Positions 51,312 through 63,099 of a DNA stretch of 64,000 bases are shown here, piece by piece (within the stretch, counting starts at the first letter, position 1; the number at the start of each line of letters is the position of its first letter). The stretch is from Psilocybe cubensis (Eukaryota): positions 992,001-1,056,000 of the forward strand of contig CM039008.1 of the NCBI GenBank assembly GCA_017499595.2, read 5' to 3'. The translations under genes were made by a program, and so were the position numbers. A model generated the notes under the pieces. The model saw only the letters and a program-made list of their open reading frames with translations. It ran no database searches and was not told the origin of the DNA.

Positions 51312-54300
51312 TGTTGAAGCAGGCGAGCTCGGGGCAGTGTGAGCTACTCGGCGACCTAGTTATAGAACGTAGGGCGCAGGGATAGACGCCTCTTGACTTT
51401 ATTCCATTTACAACTGGTTCAAAGAACACAGTGCCCACCCCTGCAGAATAAATAACTCGTTCATCTGCTAATCGGATTGGAATGCGAAGGGGGGTGTAAT
51501 TTCTAACCCAATTGCGATGGGGCGTCATATGAGAAGTCGCCCCTGTGTCTGCAATCCAATCATCATTAGTTTGGGGTGAAATAGAAGAGGGAACATCGGT
51601 ATTAAGAGCACTTGCATTTCCAGCAAATTCCATGTCCTTGGACTCTTTTTCCTCACTGGATGCCTCTGAGGCCTTGTGCGCTCTATTGCCTTTGCGAGCC
51701 AGGGAGACATAGAGAGCAGTTTTAACACTCCCCCCTGTTCTGACAAGTCTCCAGAACAAAGAAAAATAAAGCAAAACAGAGAAAGAAAGATTAAAGTTTG
51801 AGACCCATTTTATCTCTACAAAAGTCCACTTTAGGAGGTGAGAGGGGTTTGGTAAGAATATCAGCAGCTTGCTGATCAGTAGGAATATAAGAAGGAGAAA
51901 TCTTTCCAACACCAACAGCATCCCTAAGCCAATAATAGCGCAAATCAAGGTGCTTCATCCGTCCATGGTGCTCTGGATTCTTGGAAACACTAATAGATGA
52001 CTGGTTGTCCATATGCAGCACAGAGGGCTCAGTGACTGTGTAGCCAAACTCCTCAAGGATATTGCGCATCCACACAATTTCCTTGGCTGCCTCCACCGCA
52101 GCAATGTACTCTGCCTCAGTAGTAGACAGAGTTACAACAGTTTGGAGTTTGCTTGCCCAGCCAATAGCACCTCCAGCTAGAATGGTCAAATAACCGCTTG
52201 TAGAGCGTCCAGTATCTACACAATCACCATGTGCAGCATCAGTGTAGGTGACAAAGTTATCATGGCCCACAGCGCCAGAATAAGTCAACTTGTAATCCAG
52301 AGTGCCTCTGAGATAGCGGAATAAATGTTTAACCGCAGCCCAATGCTTAGGCCCAGGATTGGAGTTGAAGCGTGCCAGATAGGACACAGTAAAAGCAATG
52401 TCAGGACGGGTCATGGTGGCTAGATACTGCAAGGAGCCAACTGCATTGAGGTAGGGAACATTTCGCATAAATTCCATCTCATCTCCATTCTGAGGTCCAT
52501 CTGCCTTGGAGAGAACAGTGCCCACAGCCATAGGTGTTTTGACCGGATTAGAGTCAGTCATGCCATATGTATCAAGCATATCGAGGATATACTGACGCTG
52601 ATGCAAGGAAATGGTTTTAGCAGCCATATCTCGCTCAATGGCAACACCAAGTAAATACTGTGTAGGACCCAGATCACGGAGTTCAAAACGCGCAGCTAGC
52701 TGCTTAACAGCTCTATCTATGGCAGCGTCCGATTTGGAGGCAAAGGTAATGTCATCAATGTAAATGGGAACAATAATCTTCACATCTCCATCTGAATAGA
52801 TGTAGACAGAGCGATCTGATTCTATACGCTTGAACCCCATATCTGACAATGCCTCATGCAACTTGAGGTTCCATTGACGTGCAGACTGCTTAAGACCATA
52901 GAGCGACTTTTTGAGCTTCAAAACCATGTTAGGACCACCTTGGTGAAATCCTTCAGGTTGTAACATGTAAATCTCCTCGTCAAGGTCACCTTTAGTGAAA
53001 GCAGCTGTAATATCAACAGAGCGCAACTTCAAGTCTCCAATAGCGGCCAGAGCCACAATCAAGCGGAAAGTAGCAGGGCGGAAAGTAGGAGCAAAGACCT
53101 CATGGTAATCAATGCCAGGGCGCTGACTATAGCCCTTGGCAACAATACGAGCCTTGTAGCGCTCTATACTGCCATCTGCATTTCGCTTGATTTTAAAGAC
53201 CCAACCACAGCCAATTGCCTTTTGACCCGGAGGGAGCTCAACTCGCTCCCAAGTTTGATTGTGCTACAACAGATTGAATTCTGTGTTAGCAGCCTCTTCC
53301 CACATGTGCGCATCAGGCGCTTTCATTGCCTGTTTGAATGTGCGCGGATCTGCGCTTGAAACAAGCCCAGCAAACTCCACCTCTTCAAATCCAGGATCAT
53401 TGGCTTCAGGTGGTTCAGGTTCGTGTGAGACCTTCCACCATTCACCAGGCTGCTTAGGAACACAAGTAGTGCGTCTCAACGTTGCAGGATCAACTGGAGC
53501 ACGCTGGCGGCGTGCAGGCTTAGGAGGAGGTGCAGGAACGGCCTCAGGCTGTAGCGGTTCAGCTGGCTGTTCAGGAGGTGCAATAGGCACTTCTGGCTCA
53601 ATGACAGGACTTGGAGTAGAGTCATCCTCATCATTGTCAAAGTTGAAGCCATTAAAGTCCCCCCCTGAATTGGGAGGTGGTGCACTTGCAGAAGAAGTGG
53701 GAAGAAGGTCAAACTTTGGCATAGGGCCAGTGGACACCCCAGGGAAGCACCTTTCGTCGAAATCAGCTCTCTCAGAGATAATGAACCTTTTGGTGACTGG
53801 GTTGTAAAACTCCCAGCCCTTGTACCCAGTAGGGTACCCAACAAAGATACACTTCTCCATATGAGGCTGCAACGATTTGCGCTTATCTCCCTGAACATAA
53901 ACATATGCAAGGCAACCCCAAACCCTCAAATGACTAACATCAGGTTTGCGCTTGTTCCAGCTTTCATACGGAGTCTTGTCCGGTAGAGGAGCTGTAGGAA
54001 CACGATTCCATACATGCATGTATGCTGCAACACAGCGTCCCCAAAACGAAGGTGGAACACAAGCCTCATTGAGCATGGAAGTAACATGTTCTGCCATGGT
54101 GCGATTTGCACGCTCTGCAACTCTGTTCTGTTGTGGGCGATTTCGCGTTGTATGACGACGCTCAATGCCACACTGGTCAGTGAATTTGATGAAAGCATTT
54201 GACATGTATTCACCAGCTTTGTCATCCTGCAGCGCTTTGATCTTAAAGCCTAATTTGTTCTCAGCCCATGCTTTGTACGTTTGAAACGCACTGAATGCAT

Positions 54301-56720
54301 CGCTTTTGCGCTTAAGAAGCACAGCAGCTCTACTCTTTGTATGGTCATCAATAAAGGTTATCCAGTAGCGATAGCCTTCAGGAGTAGGGGGCGAGATAGG
54401 ACCTTTCAGATCTGAGAAGATAAGCGCAAGCGGAACATCTGACATGCTGGGTGAAGAAGGAAATGGGTTGGAATGCATCTTGTCTGCAAGGCAAGGTTCA
54501 CAAATGGGGTCAGGCTGTTGCTGTGAATTCAGCTTGAGTCCGGTGACCATACCCTCTCTAATCATCTTCTGGATGTCAGTGTAGCTATGATGAGCAAAGC
54601 GACGATGCCAGAGACTGATATCAAGGGGTAGAGTGGAATTGGAGGAAATGAAGGCAGACTCCGAAATAGGGACTGTATAACCGTTCAATAAAGCGCAGTT
54701 TGATGTACTAACATCTGCAGAGAAGAGACAAGCTCCTTTGCGATGAAACTCCATCAGATTAGCATCAATGGTGATTTTGAAGCCTTTGTGCTTTGTGAGA
54801 TATAGAACAGACAGTAGATTGTTTCGGAGATCTGGTACATGTAAAACTCTAGTTAACTCGACGCCTCTTGACTTTATTCCATTTACAACTGGTTCAAAGA
54901 ACACAGTGCCCACCCCTGCAGAATAAATAACTCGTTCATCTGCTAATCGGATTGGAATGCGAAGGGGGGTGTAATTTCTAACCCAATTGCGATGGGGCGT
55001 CATATGAGAAGTCGCCCCTGTGTCTGCAATCCAATCATCATTAGTTTGGGGTGAAATGGAAGAAGGAACATCGGTATTAAGAGCACTTGCATTTCCAGCA
55101 AATTCCATGTCCTTGGACTCTTTTTCCTCACTGGATGCCTCTGAGGCCTTGTGCGCTCTATTGCCTTTGCGAGCCGCTTTGACACGCTCCTTCGCATCCT
55201 TTTGTGCAGCAATGAACTTGTGACACTTGTCCATTGCATGGTTGGCCATATCACAAAATGCGCACTTGGGCTTGGATGCAGAAGGGGCTGGAGCGGTCTG
55301 GAACGCGGTGGCAAGTGCAGGCAACTCCGAAGCGCGGCGACGTCGCTGTATGTCCTCTGTGACAAAGGCTTGATGAATTGTAGCCTTGTCCAACTTGTCC
55401 AAAAGGAGAAGTGAGGATGCAAATGAACTGTACTCTTCTGGGAGTGCCCTGACCAGAGCAAGCAAAGCAAGCTCTTCATCAAGCTTAGCCAGATCAAACC
55501 CCTTAGGGCGAAGCTGCTGAATTAGCAACATGGCTTGCTCAACTCTATTGATCAGGGTTTGAAGGTTTTCACCTTCCTCCTTTCGGATTGAGAACAGATC
55601 ATCATATGCATTAAAGCGGTTGCCATGGCGCTTTTGCTGATGTACAGCAGCGAGGGCATCCCACATCTTGATAGGATCATCCTTGATGGCTTCCACATGA
55701 ACCCTCTGATCATTCTCCAAACTGAGATAGATCAAACCACATGCTTTGTCTCTCTGCTCAAAGTAGGTTTCAAGCAAAGCTTCCTCCTGAGCAGTAGGCT
55801 TGTCTGAGAGCGTTGGCTGTGCTCTAGCACCGCTGACAATGCGCCATATCCCTTTAGACTGGAGATAGGCAGTCATCTGGCCTGCCCAGGTGTTGTAGTT
55901 GGTTGAATTCAATGGAGTGATTTGGGGATCAGAAGTCATTATTGCGAATTGCGAAGGAACGCGTAAGCGGATGGATACGAGTATTGGTAGTAATGTGTGG
56001 GGATGTGTAATGATGTGTGGAAACGAACTAGGCGTTACCCGGAGCTCGGGGTGCGATGCGAACGCAAGTTGAAAAGATGAAGTTAAACTAGCCTAATTTA
56101 AAAGGGTTACTTTTAACTAGAAATAACTCGGGGATTAGGCGACGGGGGCCCGCTCAACCGAGGTTAACAAGTCGCGTAAGGCGTGCTCGTTCAACCCTAC
56201 TAGCAGCGGCAATGTATGGCCGGGCCTGGTAGAGGATAAAAAGCAAAAAAGACTAAAATGACCGTTTTGTGAAAACTATGCAGAAAGCAACTTGGTTTGC
56301 AAAACACGGAATTGGAGCGCTTAGAGCGCGGGGCCCATAACCTGTTGAAGCAGGCGAGCTCGGGGCAGTGTGAGCTACTCGGCGACCTAGTTATAGAACG
56401 TAGGGCGCAGGGATAAGCGAGCACGAAGCGTCTGAAGTCCGAAGTGAGTAACTGAGTGAATTGAGCAAAGTGCTAACAAACTAACCTGAAGTCCGAAGTG
56501 AGTAACTGGGGACTTCAGGATGTAAACTAGAGTGACTATATACTGTGTAGACTCAAGTACTCTGGTCTACCTAGGTCTACTCTGGTCCGGTCCAGACCAG
56601 TCTATGGACTGATAAATATCATGTGTCTAGAATGGTCTGGAGAGCAAATGAAGATAAGAAGAAAGTAATCTAATCTGATAAGATAGCAAAGTGAGGGAGA
56701 CATAGAGAGCAGTTTTAACA
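51312..56720 (-). mobile_element. Ty1/copia element B inserted into A, 5-bp TSD AGAGG
   Basis: AGAGG at 51307-51311 and 56721-56725; 5' LTR 56343-56720; PBS 56331-56342; PPT 51728-51735; chimeric 3' LTR 51312-51727. Confidence 0.97.
51791..55939 (-). pseudogene. Copia B gag-pol polyprotein with a single in-frame TAG (53264-53266)
   Basis: CAFCDMANHAMDKC knuckle, WIADTGATSH protease, LWHRRFAH/CEPC and integrase core, RT YIDD, RH YTDA..ADILTK. ORFs 53264..55939 and 51791..53062 are in the same frame. Confidence 0.95.
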
Positions 56721-57302
56721 AGAGGCACTCTGGATTACAAGTTGACTTATTCTGGCGCTGTGGGCCATGATAACTTTGTTACCTACACTGATGCTGCACA
56801 TGGTGATTGTGTAGATACTGGACGCTCTACGAGTGGTTATTTGACCGTTCTAGCTGGAGGTGCTATTGGCTAGGCAAGCAAACTCCAAACTGTTGTAACT
56901 CTGTCTACTACTGAGGCAGAGTACATTGCTGCGGTGGAGGCAGCCAAGGAAATTGTGTGGATGCGCAATATCCTTGAGGAGTTTGGCTACACAGTCACTG
57001 AGCCCTCTGTGCTGCATATGGACAACCAGTCATCTATCAGTGTTTCCAAGAATCCAGAGCACCATGGACGGATGAAGCACCTTGATTTGCGCTATTATTG
57101 GCTTAGGGATGCTGTTGGTGTTGGAAAGATTTCTCCTTCTTCTATTCCTACTGATCAGCAAGCTGCTGATATTCTTACCAAACCCCTCTCACCTCCTAAA
57201 GTGGACTTTTGTAGAGATAAAATGGGTCTCAAACTTTAATCTTTCTTTCTCTGTTTTGCTTTATTTTTCTTTGTTCTGGAGACTTGTCAGAACAGGGGGG
57301 AG

Positions 57303-60300
57303 TGTTAAAACTGCTCTCTATGTCTCCCTCACTTTGCTATCTTATCAGATTAGATTACTTTCTTCTTATCTTCATTTGCTCTCCAGACCATTCTAGACAC
57401 ATGATATTTATCAGTCCATAGACTGGTCTGGACCGGACCAGAGTAGACCTAGGTAGACCAGAGTACTTGAGTCTACACAGTATATAGTCACTCTAGTTTA
57501 CATCCTGAAGTCCCCAGTTACTCACTTCGGACTTCAGGTTAGTTTGTTAGCACTTTGCTCAATTCACCCAGTTACTCACTTCGGACTTCAGACGCTTCGT
57601 GCTCGCTTATCCCTGCGCCCTACGTTCTATAACTAGGTCGCCGAGTAGCTCACACTGCCCCGAGCTCGCCTGCTTCAACAGGTTATGGGCCCCGCGCTCT
57701 AAGCGCTCCAATTCCGTGTTTTGCGAACCAAGTTGCTTTCTGCATAGTTTTCACAAAACGGTCATTTTAGTCTTTTTTGCTTTTTATCCTCTACCAGGCC
57801 CGGCCATACATTGCCGCTGCTAGTAGGGTTGAACGAGCACGCCTTACGCGACTTGTTAACCTCGGTTGAGCGGGCCCCCGTCGCCTAATCCCCGAGTTAT
57901 TTCTAGTTAAAAGTAACCCTTTTAAATTAGGCTAGTTTAACTTCGTCTTTTCCACTTGCGTTCGCATCGCACCCCGAGCTCCGGGTAACGCCTAGTTCGT
58001 TTCCACACATCATTACACATCCCCACACATTACTACCAACACTCATATCCATCCGCTTACGCGTTCCTTCGCAATTCGCAATAATGACTTCTGATCCCCA
58101 AATCACTCCATTGAACTCAACCAACTACAACACCTGGGCAGGCCAGATGACCGCCTATCTCCAGTCTAAAGGAATATGGCGCATTGTCAGCGGTGCTAGA
58201 GCACAGCCAACACTCTCAGACAAGCCTACTGCTCAGGAGGAAGCTTTGCTTGAAACCTACTTTGAGCAGAAAGACAAAGCATGTGGTTTGATCTATCTCA
58301 GTTTGGAGAATGATCAGAGGGTTCATGTGGAAGCCATCAAGGATGATCCTATCAAGATGTGGGATGCCCTCGCTGCTGTACATCAGCAAAAGCGCCCTGG
58401 CAACCGCTTTAATGCATATGATGATCTGTTCTCAATCCGAAAGGAGGAAGGTGAAAACCTTCAAACCCTGATCAATAGAGTTGAGCAAGCCATGTTGCTA
58501 ATTCAGCAGCTTCGCCCTAAGGGGTTTGATCTGGCTAAGCTTGATGAAGAGCTTGCTTCGCTTGCTCTGGTCAGGGCACTCCCAGAAGAGTACAGTTCAT
58601 TTGCATCCTCACTTCTCCTTTTGGACAAGTTGGACAAGGCTACAATTCATCAAGCCTTTGTCACAGAGGACATACAGCGACGTCGCCGCGCTTCGGAGTT
58701 GCCTGCACTCGCCACCGCGTTCCAGACCGCTCCAGCCCCTTCTGCATCCAAGCCCAAGTGCGCATTTTGTGATATGACCAATCATGCAATGGACAAGTGT
58801 CACAAGTTCATTGCTGCACAAAAGGATGCGAAGGAGCGTGTCAAAGCGGCTCGCAAAGGCAATAGAGCGCACAAGGCCTCAGAGGCATCCAGTGAGGAAA
58901 AAGAGTCCAAGGACATGGAATTTGCTGGAAATGCAAGTGCTCTTAATACCGATGTTCCTTCTTCCATTTCACCCCAAACTAATGATGATTGGATTGCAGA
59001 CACAGGGGCGACTTCTCATATGACGCCCCATCGCAATTGGGTTAGAAATTACACCCCCCTTCGCATTCCAATCCGATTAGCAGATGAACGAGTTATTTAT
59101 TCTGCAGGGGTGGGCACTGTGTTCTTTGAACCAGTTGTAAATGGAATAAAGTCAAGAGGCGTCGAGTTAACTAGAGTTTTACATGTACCAGATCTCCGAA
59201 ACAATCTACTGTCTGTTCTATACCTCACAAAGCACAAAGGCTTCAAAATCACTATTGATGCTAATCTGATGGAGTTTCATCACAAAGGAGCTTGTCTCTT
59301 CTCTGCAGATGTCAGTATTTGAACGGTTATATAGGTCCTATTTCAGAGTCTGCCTTCATTTCCTCCAATTCCACTCTACCCCTTGATATCAGTCTCTGGC
59401 ATCGTCGGTTTGCTCATCATAGCTACACTGACATCCAGAAGATGATTAGAGAGGGTATGGTCACCAGACTCAAGCTGAATTCACAGCAACAGCCTGACCC
59501 CATTTGTGAACCTTGCCTTGCAGGCAAGATGCATTCCAACCCATTTTCTTCTTCACCAAGCATGTCAGATGTTCCGCTTGCGCTTATCTTCTCAGATCTG
59601 AAAGGTCCTATCTCGCCCCCTACTCCTGAAGGCTATCGCTACTGGATAACCTTTATTGATGACCATACAAAGAGTAGAGCTGCTGTGCCTCTTAAGCGCA
59701 AAAGCGATGCATTCAGTGCGTTTCAAACGTACAAAGCATGGGCTGAGAACAAATTAGGCTTTAAGATCAAAGCGCTGCAGGATGACAAAGCTGGTGAATA
59801 CATGTCAAATGCTTTCATCAAATTCACTGACCAGTGTGGCATTGAGCGTCGTCATACAACGCGAAATCGCCCACAACAGAACAGAGTTGCAGAGCGTGCA
59901 AATCGCACCATGGCAGAACATGTTACTTCCATGCTCAATGAGGCTTGTGTACCACCTTCGTTTTGGGGTCGCTGTGTTGCAGCATACATGCATGTATGGA
60001 ATCGTGTTCCTACAGCTCCTCTACCGGACAAGACTCCGTATAAAAGCTGGAACAAGCGCAAACCTGATGTTAGTCATTTGAGGGTTTGGGGTTGTCTTGC
60101 ATATGTTTATGTTCAGGGAGATAAGCGCAAATCGTTGCAGCCTCATATGGAGAAGTGTATCTTTGTTGGGTATCCTACTGGGTACAAGGGCTGGGAGTTT
60201 TACAACCCACTCACCAAAAGGTTCATTATCTCTGAGAGAGCTGATTTCGACGAAAGGTGCTTCCCTGGGGTGTCCACTGGCCCTATGCCAAAGTTTGACC

Positions 60301-62657
60301 TTCTTCCCACTTCTTCTGCAAGTGCACCACCTCCCAATTCAGGGGGGGACTCTAATGGCTTCAATTTTGATGATGATGAGGATGACTCTACTCCAAGTCC
60401 TGTCATTGAGCCAGAAGTGCCTATTGCGCCTCCTGAACAGCCAGCTAAACCGCCACAGCCTGAGGCCGTTCCTGCACCTCCTCCTAAGCCTGCACGCCGC
60501 CAGCATGCTCCAGTTGATCCTGCAACGTTGAGACGCACTACTCGCGTTCCTAAGCAGCCTGGTGAATGGTGGAAGGTTTCACATGATCCTGAACCACCTG
60601 AAGCCAATGATCCTGGATTTGAAGAGGTGGAGTTTGCTGGGCTTGTTTCAAGCGCAGATCCGCGCACATTCAAACAGGCAATGAAAGCGCCTGATGCGCA
60701 CATGTGGGAAGAGGCTGCTAACACAGAATTCAATCTGTTGCAGCACAACCAAACTTGGGAGCGAGTTGAGCTCCCTCCGGGTCAAAAGGCAATTGGCTGT
60801 GGTTGGGTCTTTAAAATCAAGCGAAATGGAGATGGCAGTATAGAGCGCTACAAGGCTCGTATTGTTGCCAAGGGCTACAGCCAGCGCCCTGGCATTGATT
60901 ACCATGAGGTCTTTGCTCCTACTTTCCGCCCTGCTACTTTCCGCTTGATTGTGGCTCTGGCCACCATTGGAGACTTGAAGTTGCGCTCTGTTGATATTAC
61001 AGCTGCTTTCACTAAAGGTGACCTTGACGAGGAGATTTACATGTTACAACCTGAAGGATTTCACCAAGGTGGTCCTAACATGGTTTTGAAACTCCAAAAG
61101 TCGCTCTATGGTCTTAAGCAGTCTGCACGTCAATGGAACCTCAAGTTGCATGAGGCATTGTCAGATATGGGGTTCAAGCGTATAGAATCAGATCGCTCTG
61201 TCTACATCTATTCAGATGGAGATGTGAAGATTATTGTTCCCATTTACATTGATGACATTACCTTTGCCTCCAAATCGGACGCTGCCATAGATAGAGCTGT
61301 TAAGCAGCTAGCTGCGCGTTTTGAACTCCGTGATCTGGGTCCTACACAGTATTTACTTGGTGTTGCCATTGAGCGAGATATGGCTGCTAAAACCATTTCC
61401 TTGCATCAGCATCAGTATATCCTCGATATGCTTGATACATATGGCATGACTGACTCTAATCCGGTCAAAACACCTATGGCTGTGGGCACTGTTCTCTCCA
61501 AGGCAGATGGACCTCAGAATGGAGATGAGATGGAATTTATGCGAAATGTTCCCTACCTCAATGCAGTTGGCTCCTTGCAGTATCTAGCCACCATGACCCG
61601 TCCTGACATTGCTTTTACTGTGTCTTATCTGGCACGCTTCAACTCCAATCCTGAGCCTAAGCATTGGGCTGCGGTTAAACACTTATTCCACTACCTCAGA
61701 GGCACTCTGGATTACAAGTTGACTTATTCTGGCGCTGTGGGCCATGATAACTTTGTCACCTACACTGATGCTGCACATGGTGATTGTGTAGATACTGGAC
61801 GCTCTACGAGTGGTTATTTGACCGTTCTAGCTGGAGGTGCTATTGGCTGGGCAAGCAAACTCCAAACTGTTGTAATACTGTCTACTACAGAGGCAGAGTA
61901 CATTGCTGCGGTGGAGGCAGCCAAGGAAATTGTGTGGATGCGCAATATACTTGAGGAGTTTGGCTACACAGTCACTGAGCTCTCTGTGCTACATATGGAC
62001 AACCAGTCATCTATCAGTGTTTCCAAGAATCCAGAGCACCATGGACGGATGAAGCACCTTGATTTGTGCTATTATTGGCTTAGGGATGCTGTTGGTGTTG
62101 GAAAGATTTCTCCTTCTTATATTCCTACTAATCAGCAAGCTGCTGATATTCTTACCAAACCCCTCTCACCTCCTAAAGTGGACTTTTGTAGAGATAAAAT
62201 GGGTCTCAAACTTTAGTCTTTCTTTCTCTGTTTTGTTTTATTTTTCTTTGTTCTGGAGACTTGTCAGAACAGGGGGGAGTGTTAAAACTGCTCTCTATGT
62301 CTCCCTCACTTTGCTATCTTATCAGATTAGATTACTTTCTTCTTATCTTCATTTGCTCTCCAGACCATTCTAGACACATGATATTTATCAGTCCATAGAC
62401 TGGTCTGGACCGGACCAGAGTAGACCTAGGTAGACCAGAGTACTTGAGTCTACACAGTATATAGTCACTCTGGTTTACATCCTGAAGTCCCCAGTTACTC
62501 ACTTCGGACTTCAGGTTAGTTTGTTAGCACTTTGCTCAATTCACTCAGTTACTCACTTCGGACTTCAGACGCTTCGTGCTCGCTTATCCCTGCGCCCTAC
62601 GTTCTATAACTAGGTCGCCGAGTAGCTCACACTGCCCCGAGCTCGCCTGCTTTAACA
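57303..62657 (+). mobile_element. Ty1/copia element C (378-bp LTRs at 57303-57680 and 62280-62657)
   Basis: LTRs TGTT..AACA are nearly identical. PBS GGTTATGGGCCC is of the internal tRNA-iMet half-molecule type (as in Ty5 and copia). PPT precedes 62280. Confidence 0.97.
58084..62216 (+). pseudogene. Copia C gag-pol, frameshifted by a net 16-nt deletion at ~59317
   Basis: ORFs 58084..59322 and 59292..62216. C reads AGTA-TTTGAACGG where B reads AGTA-CATCAAACTGCGCTTTATTGAACGG. Confidence 0.93.
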
Positions 62658-62776
62658 CGGTCATCTGGCCTGTCTAGGTGTTATAGTTGGTTGAGTCCAA
62701 TGGAGTGATTTGGGGATATTATTGCAAATTGCAAAGGACTGCCTAAGCAGATGTATACAGTCTGTGACACATAACC

Positions 62777-63099
62777 TGTAGCTACTCAGTAACCTAGTTA
62801 TACAATGTATCTGAAGTCCAAAGTGATTAATTGGGTGAATTGAGCAAAGTGCCAACAAACTAACCTGAAGTCCAAAGTGAGTAACTAAAGACTTCAGAAT
62901 ATAAACTAGAGTGACTATGTACTGTGTAAACTCAACTACTCTGGTCTACCTAGGTCTACTCTGGTCCAATCCAGATCAGTCTATGGACTGATAAATATCA
63001 TGTATCTAGAATGGTCTAGAGAGCAAATGAAGATAAGAAGAAAGTAATCTAATCTGGTAAGATAGCAATATGAGGGAGATACAGAAAGCAGTTTTAACA
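62777..63099 (-). repeat. Decayed 5' LTR of the older copia copy
   Basis: Reverse complement of the LTR with deletions; GGTTAT PBS remnant at 62771-62776. Confidence 0.88.

Larger units (their letters stand above)
46877..57680 (+). mobile_element. Ty1/copia element A (LTRs 46877-47258 and 57303-57680), interrupted by element B
   Basis: PBS GGTTATGGGCCC at 47259. gag-pol runs from ATG 47665 to 51311 and resumes at 56721-57239. PPT GGGGGGAG precedes 57303. Several stops and single-base indels. Confidence 0.95.

Noticed and set aside
51292-51948. 218-aa ORF with a protease motif as a novel gene
   Set aside because: It is a chance fusion of an off-frame RH tail, LTR ends and the gag-PR patch.
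59292-59322. Programmed frameshift in copia C
   Set aside because: B is continuous here and C has a net 16-nt deletion, so this is a lesion.
49809-60905. Recurrent 182-aa, 144-aa, 99-aa and 85-aa overlapping or antisense ORFs in the copia copies
   Set aside because: They recur only because the copies are near-identical. They are shadow frames of pol with no independent features.
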